From Obrimoposthia wandeli (taxonomy: Eukaryota), in the NCBI GenBank assembly GCA_977020255.1, contig CDROCS010005134.1:124001-188000 (forward strand): a stretch of DNA of 64,000 bases, read 5' to 3'. The notes beneath the pieces were generated by a model. The model was not told where the DNA came from and did no database searches. It worked only from the letters and a program-made list of their open reading frames with translations. Both the position numbers and the translations under genes were made by a program. Positions 27,451 to 42,430 of the stretch are shown one piece after another; positions within the stretch are counted from its first letter, which is position 1, and each line of letters opens with the position of its first letter.

Positions 27451-28362
27451 ATCCTATCGAATAAATTAATATTATTTATATTTTAAACGATTTTAACTAT
27501 CGAAAATGAATTAACTGCAAATATTAGAGAATTCAAATTCATTTAAACTTTTAATTACGCGATTATATCAGTACCAGCCAAATCAAACAAATCCATCTTC
27601 AGCCGAAATTTCGAAATCAGTCTCTATCTTCTGTAGTAATGGTAATGATGATAATGGTGATGATAGGTGAGGGTCAGGATGATGATATGTAATGATGATA
27701 ATAAAAATGTTGTTCGTTCATGTGAATATTTTAAAATAAATATACTTCTTGTTGCTACTTAGTAGCATATGATTGACGTTGTGAGTTGCCTATCAGTTTA
27801 TGACATTTGAACTAATCAATGATATATTTTTTGGTCTTATACTTCTATGATCTGAATCTGTGCACCTACCATACAATATCTTCCATCAAATCAAACAAAT
27901 ATTTCCTCCATCAAATCGGTATACCAAGCCATCTCTCAATTTAACAATATGGTTCTCTGTTAGTTAACAATAAAAATATCTTAAATATCTTAAATAACGT
28001 TTTGTCTAAGTTAATTTGTTCATTCTCCCAATATTGAATATCACAGTACCGCGAAAAGAGACTATATATAGTGTTTGAGTGACTAGTGATCATCTCGACT
28101 AGGTGATCATTGACAACTATACTGCTCATCATCATTCAGTTTTCCAACCTTTGCTTATGAAAACCCCTTTCTAATTGCAGCCGTATGCTGTTTGATCCAT
28201 ACAGATGTTAAATTTTCGGAGGATTCTTCTCTGTCAGGTTCATTTCAAAAGTCGACAGCGACAAAGTAAACACAAGAACCGGCTTGGAAAAATCTGTATA
28301 TGTGCTCAACGCCATTCTCTCTTTAACGCTTCTTAAAATGTGGATATGGGTTTGCTCTAGAC

Positions 28363-28616
28363 CAGGGGTCCCTATTTTGTTTGGCAGATGAACACTTTGA
28401 TATTATTTAAAAATTATTGGAACCCCTACCTATTTAAAAATACTTAAAACCGCCCAATGAAGAATAAAAATAAAACTTATTTCTATAGAAATATGAAAAA
28501 AGTTAAACTAATGAAGTATTTATAGTGGGCCTATGCTTGGTAGGTAAAGGTGAGTAACGTTAATGCCATTTTTTGTAAATTAATTTTTTATTAAATTTCG
28601 CGTCGCGGAACCCATG
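28363..28616. mobile_element. hAT-type MITE with 8-bp TSD
   Basis: CTCTAGAC at 28355-28362 and 28617-28624 (Charlie-like NTCTAGAN) flanks the imperfect TIRs CAGGGGTCCC and GGAACCCATG. Confidence 0.8.
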
Positions 28617-30739
28617 CTCTAGACAACGACAACCACCCCATGAACCCAATCAGAACCTGCGTTACAATGTGATCAACACAAAGACTACAATGATTCATGC
28701 TGATGGTATTTTCTGATATAATTTTATTAGATTCGAAATTTGGATGAAATAAATTACCTTCTAAAATTATCTAAAATTCTGACTTGACAACAAATTATCA
28801 ATTGCATTTTGATAAAAAAATATTTATTAACTGATCGGCAAGAAAACTTGATAGTGGAAAAACCACGAGTAAATTTATGTAAATTTCGTATTTTTGGGAA
28901 TGACTTTTTTATATTTTGATCTTAATTAAGAATCTGAACTATATATATAAGCATAACTAAACGCTAGTTCGTACCCTGTATGATTGAAAGTTCTGCGACT
29001 GTCATGAGAGAAATATCTTTTTTTAATGAATTAAAACTCCGTTAAAAAATTATAGGCTTTAAAAAGTAGTACATTAATAAACCAAAAATCAAATTAAAGT
29101 GCAAATTAATCTCTGTTCATCAGGGTATGTTGACTAAAAATGTGCATGGATTAAAAAGAAAACAATAACAAAAAATAGTACAAATAATCTTGGAGACTAG
29201 CAATTATCCCCATCATCCCGGATTTTCGCTTGGAACCAAAATAACTCATAGTCCAAATAATGGTCCAATTTCTGATTGTTCAAATTATACCCAAATGGAC
29301 CACTATGTAGAGCTCAACAAACCCCTAGCAGCAAACAGTATATAAAACCTTAATTTTGAGACATGAAATTACAGAAAAAGTTATGCATTTCTACGCGCAG
29401 CCGACTCTTGGGGAAAATTAAGGTTAGAGTAAAGGAAAAGTTTAGATTCTTCGTAGTTATTATTGTCATCGTCATCGGTTTTAGGAAATACTTCATATTT
29501 TATCACTCTCTCAAAATTGTTGAGCCCCTGGTTCAGTTTTATTTTTAATATAATTAATTTAAAGCTTTATTGTAATTTCATTATTAAAGAAATTTCATAC
29601 AGATTTATATTCGGTATTCAGTTTTGTGGAAAGATACAAATTTGTATTCTCAATGGTATTTTAGCTAGCACTGTCGTGCAAATTACATATTAGTATATTT
29701 TATCTCGCTCTTGTCAAGTGACCTCCAATCACCAGTAAATGTTCTTAGTGAGATTTAAACAAATAGTTTGGAAGTTGATTTACAATGGTTGAAATTGATA
29801 TTACTCAGAATAACGACGAAATAGCATATCCATTAAAGAATAATGAAGATTAACAAACATTTTGCTAATCTAAGCTACTTACAGCCCATTATTAAAGGGG
29901 AAATTGATTTCTTTACAAAATGAACAATATCATTATTCCATTTCCATTGGTTTCAATACATACTTTCCTTCTTATTCGACCAAGGGAAAAGGCAAAGTTG
30001 CCTACTCGTTCAATAAACGGCCACGTCCATTATACAAGTCTATTATCAAATCTCTATTAACAAAAATACAGAACAAAGATTGGATGAAGAAGGTGCCAGC
30101 TCTCCGAGAGATTCCAACAGAAGACACAGCTCTCAGAAATAATCCCTGACAGTCATTGTGTTAGCCTAGGACCATTGTTTCATTATGTGCGCCTCTACAA
30201 ATCCCATATCAATTTCCAGAACAAATTATCACTATTTCAGAATGTGAGAAAATTCATTATCTTTTCTATTGATTCCACAAAAATCGGAAGACGACGAGTT
30301 TGAATTGAAAATTTAAAAAAATCAAAAATGAAATTTGTAACATTTTATATAAATTTGTATTCTAGAAAAACTTAATTAAATATTTTTCGTTCTTAAAAAT
30401 TATTTAAAATATATTTTCACTGGTTTTAAACCTTTTTGATAACGCTGAGATACATTTATCTATGTTTTTTAAACTAAGTTAAGACAAGATATACAGTACG
30501 TATCATTATTATTTGATGTACAAAAAATGTTTTACGCTATTATTTACTATTTACTCGAACTAAAATGCATATTGGCTCATAAAGTCTCAGTCATTTACAA
30601 ATATGGTTCCATGTACAAATTTAATATATATTTTTTTAAATACGTTTTTACACAAAATAACAAATAAACAATTTGTTACTAGTGTTAAAATCCAGAACGA
30701 ACAGTTAAATTAAAAAATATATTAAATTTGCTATATTTA

Positions 30740-31200
30740 TAGTCCTGGTCAAGGACATATTGAGAACGAACAAAATTAATTAAATTTCATTAAACGAACT
30801 ATTGGAAAATAGTTAATTAACTTTAAAATACTCAAAAATGGAGTTAATTAACCTCATATGACCTGGGCTGACAATATTAATCAGAGTCACTTGAGGCACC
30901 ATGTCGGCAGTGAATTTATAGACTGACAGTGAAAGTAACAGCGAGAAATTCTTGGAATTCAAAAAAAGAGTAGATTTTATTGACCCTACTGGAGGAATAA
31001 GACAGAGAAAATGGGAAAAAATTGTAAGAATTCTCAGAAGAAAAAACAATATCGAAGAAGAAACGATCCGGACAAGTAGACAACTCTGAGACAGACACAG
31101 AGGAGACAACACAAGGCGAGACGTACACATTGAAGATTCCATTACATTAATGAAGTAGAGGACGACTCGCGGCCAACAAACCCTTAAAAAGTACTCACAG
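30740..31200 (+). repeat. degenerate interspersed repeat related to 44985-45110 (probably Gypsy-derived)
   Basis: Shares CAAGGACATATT and TTAACCTCA..TGA.CTGGGCTGAC.ATATTA.TCAGAGTCA with the copy near 45 kb. Confidence 0.45.
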
Positions 31201-34019
31201 AAACCGACAAACATGAGTCAAAATCGACGACCATAAAATTTCAATATATATTGATTAACTCATCACTAAATTTCCTGCCGAGTCGCCACAGTCCCATTAT
31301 TTTTAGTTATTGTTTCACCTAGCTGCTACGGTCCCTTCTTCCGTAGATTTAAAATACCAAATAAAATCATAGACCAGTAATGGTCTTAGCTTTCTATAAA
31401 TTGAAGAAGCTCACCTACAGGATTTATACATTATACATTATTTTAAATCTTTGAATTAACTAACATGTATTGCTGGTGTTTTCCCAATATATTATGATTA
31501 TACTAAATTGTTATCTATATCAAGTTTTACCTGTTTATTATATTATTTGCATTTAACTGTTTTGTTTGTTATTTTATTTACATAATATTTGAAATAACAT
31601 GTTCATTATAAACGTTATATACATAACCAACGTTGTAATTAACATTTAAGGTAATTCAGTCGACTAGATGTGTGTAGGTCTAAAATACATTTTAAAGAGT
31701 TTCTTGAAAAATATAAATTATTTATTTATTAAGCTAAATGCACTCTCTATTTTAAACTTTTTTAAATTAACTACATTTTTTAGAAAACAATTTTAAAAGT
31801 AAAATTATAAATTTTCTTCATATCATTTTGTGGAGATGTGAAAATTTATGTCAGTTAACAATTTCTACAAAGGAGATAATATTATTTTGTGTCAGATATA
31901 ATGAACCAAAAATGTATATTTGCTAAAAATGATTAAAAAGCAACATTATTTTTCAAATAAATTTTGCGTCTGTCCATTTACTTGTTTAAACTGATTACCG
32001 AAGAATTAAAAAATGTGTAAAGATAAGAAGTTATCATTTAAATGTATGTACATTTTTAATATGAAATACTTGGTAATATTAACACACTTACAAACTTTTT
32101 TTAATACAAAAATAAACTGTTTATCATGTGGATAATTGTTTAAATATGAAAAATTCGAAGGAAATATATAATAAAATATCGTTTTTGTTTATTTTATTTT
32201 CTCTTATTTGAAATTTTTAATGTACATCTCTTTAAATTGTAGCACCAACCATATGGCAAATATTACAAAACGATACCATCTGAATGGGGGAGGATAGCCG
32301 AAACGACTATAGTATTCGGCTTATATTTAATTATCTTCACATTTATAAAGCATAAATATTAATTAAAACCCACTGTTTTGTCGGTTTAATATGGATTTTC
32401 TTACCATCATTAAAGTTCAAATGAACGGCAATTAAAAGTTAATATAGATTTGAATTGTGTAGATTTGAGACGAAATCTCCAGAAAGCCAATGAAAATAAT
32501 TAAACGAAAATGATTGACATTGCGATATAATACACTTCAGCTGGGAATATAAGACCTGACAATTTCCCAACAGCACATTCTGTTCCTCGAGGCAAGTTTG
32601 TCAGTGTGCAGTTGGTGTACTAAAGTGTACATTTGGTGTTCGTCTTTCTTACCAGACTGTTCCGATAGACAATTAGGGTCACACGTACTGCCAAGCGTAG
32701 TTATTCACAAATGCATATAAGATCCTATAATTATCACACCCTTCTTTTGGGAATTATAAATTCACATAACTAAGTTTGCCAACTCTATCAATGATGGCCC
32801 AAACGTAACCGCACCAAAGTCCATTGTAGAGCTGCAACATGTATCAATGTCAGTTAGCTAACTACTCTCTCTTTGTTCTGAAACACTGGGTTTTTTGTTA
32901 CAAAAATCTAGACGTGAGGGCTACAAAATAAAAAAGTTTAGAAATCAGCATTAAAAATGCTAAACAGAATATCATAATGTTTTTTGTTGTTGTAAAACCA
33001 AATCATGTATAGTAGTGAAGTTTATAAAGAAAGTATCTTTTAAATTTGATTAACGATGGCGCATTGTTTGGATTTAATTTCTTATTTGGTCCTTGTTATT
33101 GTTGGAAACGATTGAGTAAATTGAAGTAAATTGACTTTGAAGTTAAAGGTTCATTTTGGTTATTTTTCTCGCCTAAATGAAGTCACATATCGTAGCATAC
33201 CATACAGGGTTTTAATACATAGCTTTTCAACTTCAAATTAAAATAACTCGAAAAATATCATTTTTTCTTTGACCAAAATTCATAGTATATGTATTTTAAG
33301 CGATTTTGGAGAATAAAAAAATTAGAAGCAGAAACGTTATTGGAAAAGTAACCAGTCGATATGGCAATTACTTCGATTGTAGTAAGTAGTACTTCTGATG
33401 TACTCCGAAGACTTGTAATTTTTGTATATTCTTCATCTCACAAAACACACTTATTAAAACAAAAGCCTTTCTCTTCGTAAATATATTCGTGAATTAATGA
33501 ACTAAAATTTTGAAGGGCAATTGTTTTTTTAATTTGAAGAAGTGGTTATATTTTTTTGAAAATGATTCTAAGAAAACTAAAGTTATTGTGAAATCTTTCA
33601 AGATGAAAGAAGAATAAGTCAAAGAGAGATTGCATTGAAACTCTGCATTCGTAAACTCTGCCGCAGGTTCGTCTCAAAGTTTTTTGCAGAAATAGAAGAA
33701 AGAAAAAGACCAAGTAAGTTATGTGAAGAATTAAAGTGCATACAAAACATATATTCATGTAGTTATTTAAATGTAAAATTTTGATTTCATGTAGTTCTTC
33801 TGTTTATGAGTCTCTATATATTTTATTCGCATCACGTTCCTGAAACTCGTTAAAACGACAACAGATGAATAATCTAAATGAAGTAAAAAAGTAACTTTAC
33901 AGATAGATTAACAAATCAAATCGTTTATTGTATATTAGCTAACTTTTACTAGTTTTGTGTTTCACCCAAGTTATGGTATCGGTAACCCTTTCTGACAGAG
34001 AAATATATAGATTTTATAG

Positions 34020-34440
34020 GGAGAGTTGCATATGTGGTAGCAGTGGTGTTGTGGTGTGGTTAATGGTGTTCCTTTCCGAACTCATGAGCTATAGGATAGT
34101 TAATGGTATTTATAATTCATTGAGTTAGAAAGATATCATGAATAAAAGAATTGTTATATGCATGCAATTAAGTAGTTGCATGAACATTTTCCACTAATAA
34201 GATAATTCTACAGTTCATAAAGCAGCCATTGGGGAAAATGTTTTCAATTAAAAAATAAAAATAAAGTTCTTAAATGGCCTGCAAAATTTCCTGACCTTAG
34301 CCTATTTAAGAACATTTAATAAATGATAAGTGCGAGAAAATATGACTGTCCATCATTTCTCAATAGTTTAGTTTTTTTAAGAAAGGTAGAAGAAATAATG
34401 TAATGAACGACAAAAAATTCAAAGATATGTTTAATGAAAT
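34020..34440 (+). mobile_element. Tc1 transposase catalytic-domain remnant
   Basis: GSSGVVVW, DNSTVHKA and KWPAKFPDLS resemble the Tc1 motifs GGSVMVW, QDNAP.H and WPA.SPDLN. Frameshifted. Confidence 0.6.
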
Positions 34441-34584
34441 AGATTCCAGATCATGCTAAGTTTAATACTCTTTGTGATTATGTTTTTTATTGTTAATAAA
34501 TGTGTTAAAATTATGATGCTTCTGATTTCTTGAGTTATTGATAAAATAGTAAATGCGTTTCTTTGAATTAATTAATTTATTCAA

Positions 34585-34788
34585 TGTTAAATCTGTATAA
34601 TACTTCAAACTATATTAAACACCAAATCTGCCGTTCTCGTTGTGTGTACCTTTTAAGTAAAGCGCATTGTGGGGAAATGCAGGTAGTTGTGCAATAATAT
34701 GAAGATAATTAGTTGCGCAATCATACAGGTACAAACATTCAATTAATTCGTTTATTGTGAGATTGTAATTATAATTATTTACCTAACA
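34585..34788 (-). repeat. putative 3' LTR (TGTTA...TAACA)
   Basis: Starts right after the PPT, and its first ~40 nt recur at 36513-36475. The end was chosen from a near-matching 5-bp TSD; an alternative end at 34503 is possible. Confidence 0.6.
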
Positions 34789-36513
34789 CCCCCTCCCCTT
34801 AAAGGTTTTAGCCATTCAATATTTCTTATTTTCGTATATCCATTTTCATCTGTTAATTCAAAGCTTCTATTATGTCATTTCTTTGTGATTTTATATGGTC
34901 CTTCATATCTCATATCTTGTTTATTTCTAACATCAGTTTTTACCAAAACATTATCATCTATAACAAAATTTCTGAAATTGTTTTTTACTTTCATGCGATC
35001 TTCCCAATTTTCATTACTATCACTGCTGTCTGTGAATAAAAATTTATTTATTTTTCTTCCAAAAGCAATTTCAGCAAGACTCTGGTTAATTGACGATTGC
35101 ATTGTAGAGTTCAATGTATATTCAATATTCGGTAGTGCCTCTTCCCAATTTCTGTAAAGCTTATATTCTAAACAACATGCAATCCAGTCTCTAATAGTTC
35201 TAAATTGACGTTCTACTTGACCATTGGTTTGGTAGGGATATGGACTTGAATAATTAATTGTAAAATTACATTTATTCGCCAGGTCAAACAATAATTTGGT
35301 TTCAAAACATTTTCCTCTATATTCGTTAATTTTCTTTAGAGCACCAAACTTTAATATCCATTTATTTATTAATATATTTATAACAGTATTTTCATCTTGA
35401 TTTTGAACTGACTCTAATACAATATATTTAGAAAATTGATATATTATAGCCAACATATTATTTCCATTGACCGTAGTCTTAAACGTACCACTAAATCTAT
35501 ATATAAACTTTCGTATGGCTCATTAGCAGATAATGTTATAACTTTTTCTTTAGTACGTCCTGTATAAGTCTTTCTTTTCTGACAAATCGTACATGATTTA
35601 ACTATGCTTCTGGTCATATTTTCCAAATCTTTCATATATAAACTATTTTTAATTTTACTTAATACTTTCTTTGTGACTGCATGACATAAATCTTTGTGCA
35701 ATTGACCAACAAAAGCCGACCTATCTTCTAAAGGGATGTATATTTTCCCACTACGATAAATAATATCAGAATTAATACTGAATTCACAGTTTTCATCATT
35801 GTGAATCTGTTTTCCGATATTAAATATATCTTTTGAAAACTTTTGTAATTCGTGAATTTTTGATTCTTCTGATATAACTAAAATTCTCGTTTTCAACTTT
35901 TCTGTCTTTGGATCTATATGTGTCAAATTGCATTGTTTACATGTGTCAATATTCATCCGTGACAGAGCATCAGCATTTCCATGTAAGTCTCCTTTTCTAT
36001 ATTCTAACTTAATATCAAGACTACTCAAGAAGTTCATCCAATTTTGAAATTGTGATGTAATCGGCTTTTTTGTTGTCATCATGAATGTAATTGCCTTATG
36101 ATCCGTTCTTAGAAGAAACATTTTTCCATACAAATAATGTTTAAAGTGCAGAGCAAAATGAAATACTGATAAAAGTTCCTTATGGGTTATACAATAACCG
36201 ATTTCATGTTTACTCATACTCTTCGATCCATACGTAATGGCTCTTTTATTGCCATTTCATCTAACTGCGATAAAACCGCTCCAATTGTGTCGAAACTGGC
36301 ATCTGCATCTAAGATAAATTTCTTCTTAAAATTAGGATGAGCTAAAATTGGAGATTTTAACCTTTGCAGTTTCAAATTATCAAAAGCATTTTCACATTGC
36401 TCATTCCATATCAATATTTTCTCTGTTGTGGTAGTCAAAATATCTAATGGCTTGGAGAATCGCGAATAATATTTGTTTATTGTGCGATTATAATTATAAT
36501 TATTTACCTAACA
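34585..36513 (-). mobile_element. Ty3/Gypsy LTR retrotransposon, deleted derivative
   Basis: RNase H (DASFDTIGAVL, KELL, TDHKAI) precedes integrase (H..H/C..C, NGQVER, YEGPY) in three frameshifted ORFs. A PPT AAGGGGAGGGGG abuts TGTTAG at 34788. A ~40-bp second LTR start sits at 36513. Flanks are TTCAA and TTCAT. Confidence 0.9.
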
Positions 36514-37569
36514 TTCATTATTCCTAAAAATATATTTAAAGTTTTCATATCTAACAAATAGGTTAATGTTTAGGTTAAAATGCACATTAAATAAGTTCCT
36601 AATTAAAAGATAAGAGTGTTAAAAAGTATGCTCTAAAGTTTTTATAAAATTTTAATACCTCTACTAACAATTTACTACAAAAGGTAAACTCTTATAAATA
36701 TTTTATAAACATTATTTTACTAATAAATTTTATATTGTATTAAACAAAAAACATTATATGTAATCATTTATTCTGTATCAACCACTGACCAACAATCATT
36801 TTCTAAAAGTAGTCTATGCAACAAAAGGGAAACCCTATTTATATGGAACAATTATTCGTTTTTCTCAGTCTCAGGGACTCTACTGACATTTGCTTTAGAG
36901 ACTTTGGAGAAACGATCAAACAAACCACAAAGCAATAAATATCGCCCATATGCCGGAGAAGATATATCAACATTTGTGTTCTCTGTAGTATATTATTGGT
37001 TAGGTTGATTAAAGGGTTAATTAAAACTGCAACTGACAATTATTTTGATGTCTTCCTTTTCCTTGAAAGGAAAGTCTCGCACATAGATTTGACCTTCAGT
37101 CTAGGGAAATTAATTTTCCCCGTCTTCCAAAGTTAAAACTGCGTCAATTTTGTTGAAATTTTAATTTGAACAATTATTCAAATAAGAGAATTCTCCCTTG
37201 TATACCAAAAAGAACGTCTTCTGTACATTGTGATAAATATAGCCAAGTCGGCTAGTGTTTGATTACATTGGAAAACAAATGTCAACTTTTTCAAAATTCT
37301 AAAAGCCTCAGTCAGAAATCGTATTTTTAGTTTTTTTGTTGTGGTAGAAATATTGAAATTTCTGATAATGTCGACTTTCAGTTGAAATATCTCCGATAAT
37401 TTGTAAACATTCATAAATAGTTGTATTCCGAATTTGAAGTAAGAAATTTGAGTGGAATGGAAAAAACACACCATGAAATTCAAAATGTTTCAATATCCAT
37501 GTGGTTAAAACTATATAATATCATGGTTTGGGAAACAAAACTAACTATGGTGAAACACACATTATAACC

Positions 37570-37790
37570 CATGACCCAGGACGTTTTTATTCAAGTAAAT
37601 GCATGTGTACCTTAAAAATGCTGTTCCTATTTTCCCTAATTCAAAAATATTGCAACAAGGCCGTGCTACAGAACATAAATTAAAACAAACAACATCCTAT
37701 TTAGCAGAAAGACGTATTGAAGTTTTAGATTTCTGGTCTTCCAGTTCCCTGGATCTAAATTTAATCAAATGTTAAGAACCATGTGGAATA
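37570..37790 (+). mobile_element. Tc1/mariner catalytic-domain remnant
   Basis: RRIEVLDFWSSSSLDLNLI resembles WPP.SPDLNPI. Confidence 0.45.
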
Positions 37791-40700
37791 ATTAAAATCA
37801 AAAATATTAATAACATAATCAAAACCCCTTATGTGTCCATTAAAACTTTTCCAAGTAGAGTTACAATGAGAACAAGATATTGACATTTTCTTATATATTT
37901 TTTAATTTTTGTTTTTGTGGAATGCTTTTCTTCTGTTGTCTTTTTTATTTTATTTCGTATTTTAATACCATTGCAGATATAAGCTGATTAAGAATGATTC
38001 TGCATAAAATTAAATTCATTAAAAAAAGTCGTTAAATAAATTTTTAAAAAATTTAAATCATAGTCTATATATTGAATTCATAATTTTTTTGTATAAATCT
38101 ATTTGAAAAATATAAAATACAAAATGCTATCCAATGACTTGTGTATTTGTCCCACTACTGTATATAATATTTATCACTTTTTTGTAGAAAACAACTTTCA
38201 TTTACTTTTTAAAAATATTTTATTTTATTTTTCTTCACATCAGAAAACAATAGATGTAGGAAAAGTGAGACATCAAATTTATTTTCAAAAAATAAAATCA
38301 GAAATTATTTCATGGTACATACGTGTAAAAAGCAATTTATATTTAAAATCTGACTGTGCTACACTCAACTGATCATCGGTAAAGATCGAACTCTTTTTTT
38401 CTTCTTTTCAAACATGCTGGAAAACATTAGAAAACAGTCTACAACATGACGGAAGTGTCTACCTGGATATACTTATATAAATAGCAAAATTATTTTGCCT
38501 TTTATTAATTCGAATTTGAAACATTGTACATTGTATAGCATCTTTATGCAACAAATTAATAAATATTTTACGCTGAGTTTATATAATATACATTATAGCC
38601 CAAATATACTTACATCAAACATATACAGACACCAAAGGAAGTAAAAAAACACATAAATATATATTTTTTATATATTTGAACTCGCCGTGACTTCAGCTGT
38701 CCGAAAATGTATAGTTTCAATATATATACATATTTTAAACTAAAAGTTGCTTCCATTAATAATAATTGTAACTAATCAAAGAAAAGAAGTCAGAATCTGT
38801 TGCTTTTGTTCATGGCCCTTTACAGTTATGTTGAGAGGCTACTTTTAATTAAATATTAAAGCCGCTTTCATTATAATTGTACCAGGTCATGGGCTAATTT
38901 ATTTTGTACAAATAAATATTTCTTCGCAAATATACTTAATATATCTTTTATTTTTTTAAAATTATCAATAATGATTACCTGGATTATGCTACAAAAAAAA
39001 AGATACTATTATATTGAAATTTTAACTTCTATAAACCAATTTATGAAATATTTCGATATTTATTTGCAACAGCTCGACTATCTTTTCAAGAAATTATTCA
39101 AATTGACTTTTCAAAAAATTAGAATTTATGCTAGACGATTGAAATTATCCAGCAATGTTTCAACCAAATCTTCTTAATTCTCAGCTTTTTTGATCGCCTG
39201 AAATTATCTCACAACACAAGCAAGAAGTTAATGCTTTTTCACATAGAAATTATAATCGAACAAATGATGGGGAATAATAGTAAAAGCTAAATAATTCAGC
39301 TTCTCTTGCGGCTGAATAGGGGTTTGGGATCTGACATTGTTATGAATATTGTGTCCACCTCGATAAAACAAACGTTTAAAAGCACAATTTAATAAATAGT
39401 TGATTGAAGCATTAACTGAAACAATTTATATTAGTAAAGATACCCTTAAAATCTCTATGAAAGCGTTCGTCTAAAATAAGGTAAATGTCATATCTGGATA
39501 CCCTCTAACACATATTGCCAAAAGCTCGAGCATTATCCTAATAAATCCGCACCTCTTCCATTGTGCAAAAGAAAGTAGTTTTTTGAGTGAATAACTTTTG
39601 AAATATCAAGCTGTCGTTTCATTGCTCATTTAACTTACGAAGAATCCAGTTTTTGTCTATATGCCATAGAAAGGTGTTTATCGATATCAAGGACTGCTTG
39701 TATCTGATCAACTTACTCCCAAAATGGGTGATCAACACGTTATTCTTCTTGTTACACTTCTTGGCTAACTTTATTATGGTCTTAGGGAAACTGCACCATA
39801 TTCTAGTACTCCATTTATATCTTTCATCATTTCAGTTGTATTCAACTTTCTCACACAGCAATAATATATATGTTTTTTTTATATCTGATCTACTGAATTA
39901 CATTTTAAAATGATTAAAATTATTATACGAATTAATGTTTTATTGTTTTTAGGTAATCTTTTCTGAGAAATAAAGGATGTTATCTATTTACAGGTTCGAC
40001 TGGCTATAAACAACGTAATTGATTTTTCTGCAACACAATTAAAGAAGCGTCAAAAAATTCAGAAATCAGTTTTAGAAAGAAAATACTCTATTTTGGGTCT
40101 GTATTTTGTTGTTTTGCGACAAACTGTACAACATAAACTACCCTGTTTTGTGTAAAAAAAAGACCATAATTATAAAACAAATAATCAAAATACACTAAAT
40201 TATTACTGGTATAAACTTGTTTCCTATTTTAGAATTAATAAGACTTATAATAAAGATGTGTATATATATAACATGTAGTTTCCAAAAATTTCGGAAGTAT
40301 ATTAGACATCAAAAATCCCTTTTTGGGACCGAAAATCATAATTTACAAATTTCTGGACGCGATTAAAGTAATCTCTTATCATTAGCAGAATGCAAAACTA
40401 TCTCTAATGAATCTATTTTCATTAGAGAGTAAGCATTTCATGTAACGCGCCAGTGCATCGTAGATGACTGTGAAATGTAGCTGTTTATGACCGTGGATTT
40501 GACGACAAAAGTCTTCTTCGTACTTTGATCGACCGCCATGTTACGAGAAATATTAACAATATCTAGGCGTCTCATTCACAATGCTAATTTATTGGATGAA
40601 TAATGGTGCTGCTGACGACTCGGTTATTTTCACTTGGAAATATTTGAATTTTCTTCTGAATAATGGACCGTTTCGGCCATATTCAGTAAAGATTGTATCA

Positions 40701-41399
40701 ATTTGAAAGGGCATTTGGAGGCAGAATGATCAGTTGTATGTTTGAAAATGGTTATATTTAAATCCACATGACAATTAAATATCTGCAAAATTAATTGCAA
40801 AAATTAATTTCGAACATTTTTCGATTTCACAAAAGCTGGTTGTGGTGAAGTTTATTCATTGAATGAGTTTGTACAAATAGGTAACTGGTTAAACTTTTGT
40901 ATAAGGAATCTGCTTCACGACTATTGTTTTTTTGAAAATGGTATAAAGCACAAAAAATTCAAGGTTATTAATTGACCAAACACTGTTTATTTTTGTTACT
41001 TTCAGAAATGTTAGCTCTAAACATTATGAATATTATGTTTATTCTTAATTATACTACTAGATTTATACTAAAATGGTAAGTATATATAAATATATAATCG
41101 GGTTTTCTAAAGAGAAGCTCCGATCAGCAAATGTCATAATAACATAGTAAGAATTAAGAATTATTGAACCACCTACCAAGAAAAGAACTAAACAGGATTT
41201 TTATCTTTTCAATATATTTTTTGTTGAAATTACTCAATGTCTGTTATTAAATTTATGCTTTCGAAACCGTGCCACTTTTAATTCATCGTGGTTTCAAACA
41301 TATTTATTCGATACCTCTTTTGTTTGATTTATTACCGATTAAAATAAAAATATTCATCTAATTAATTGAACACATTAAACAAATGATTTTCCCAAACTT

Positions 41400-41900
41400 C
41401 TTTCATGACAGATTTTGAAGCATCAATCATTGAAGCAATTAAAGATAAAATGACTCCTGTAGAACATCGTGGTTGTATTTGTTCATTTTGCCAATGCATA
41501 AGGAAAAAATGCAATGTGTTGGTTTTATAGAAAGGTATTGTAAAGATTTTATATTTGCTTCGACATTGATATTATTAATAACATTAACAGTGTTTCGCTT
41601 GGTAAAGTTATTATATTTTTCGATTGTATGTGTGACACAAATGAATTTTGTGGTGCTATTTAAGGGGTAATCGATTATTTTGAAGATTTATGGATTGACA
41701 GACCACAAAGAAGAGGCTGCCACCTAAATTCACCATAATGGTATGGAATAGTTTTGATGCGATTCATATAAATATTCCCAAAACTTACAATAGTGTTGAA
41801 GGATGTCACAGGAGATTTGAACAAATCATCTCAGCTCATATCCAAATATTTGGAGATTTATTGAAGCTCTTAAGAAAAAGCAATATTATTCTGAAATCGA
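41400..41900 (+). mobile_element. MULE transposase remnant
   Basis: MTDFEASIIEAI...HRGC..HF and WNSFDAI...PKTYNSVEGCHRRF...PNIWRF (frameshifted) match the MULE motifs DFE.A, C.FH and TNN.VEGWH. Confidence 0.7.
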
Positions 41901-41989
41901 TCCATGACATATTACATTCAAAAATAATGTTTTCTAAATTTTTACTTTCTAAACAAATACAGCTCCTCAGACACCATACCATATGCTTC

Positions 41990-42430
41990 GGTTATTCGAG
42001 CTCTGAGATCAACATGAGTGCATGTATGCGACTTGTATTCAAACTTCTAGAGGTCCCACAATAGGAAGACATCACTTAAAGTCAAATCCGGGGAACTGGG
42101 AGATCTCTCTAAAAAATCTCTAGTAAAACTTTGTGTAACATGGTCAAATATCTCGCGTTATTCACAGTTTAATCTCAGAAGTAGAGTCGGGTAGTACCAT
42201 GTACAGATTACTTTATTAGTTCATTCCAAATTTCTTTGTCGAACAGGTTTACAATGCTCGGCCTCATCAACAATTGCGGTCTCTTCAAATCTTTTGACCA
42301 GTGATGGTATTGACTTCATGTCAATTGAGTGTACATCAACTGCTTCGAATAATTCAATAACTTCTCTACAATTATTAATTTTAGAAGATTTCATCTCAAT
42401 AAAAACGCGTTCTTCCGTTGTGGCATGATG
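41990..42430 (-). mobile_element. mariner/Tc1-like element, internally deleted
   Basis: The N-terminal TTEERVFI...LVKRFEET is joined to PSSPDLTLSDVFLLW...DLRARITEA (cf. WPPRSPDLTP.DF.LWG). Confidence 0.65.
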
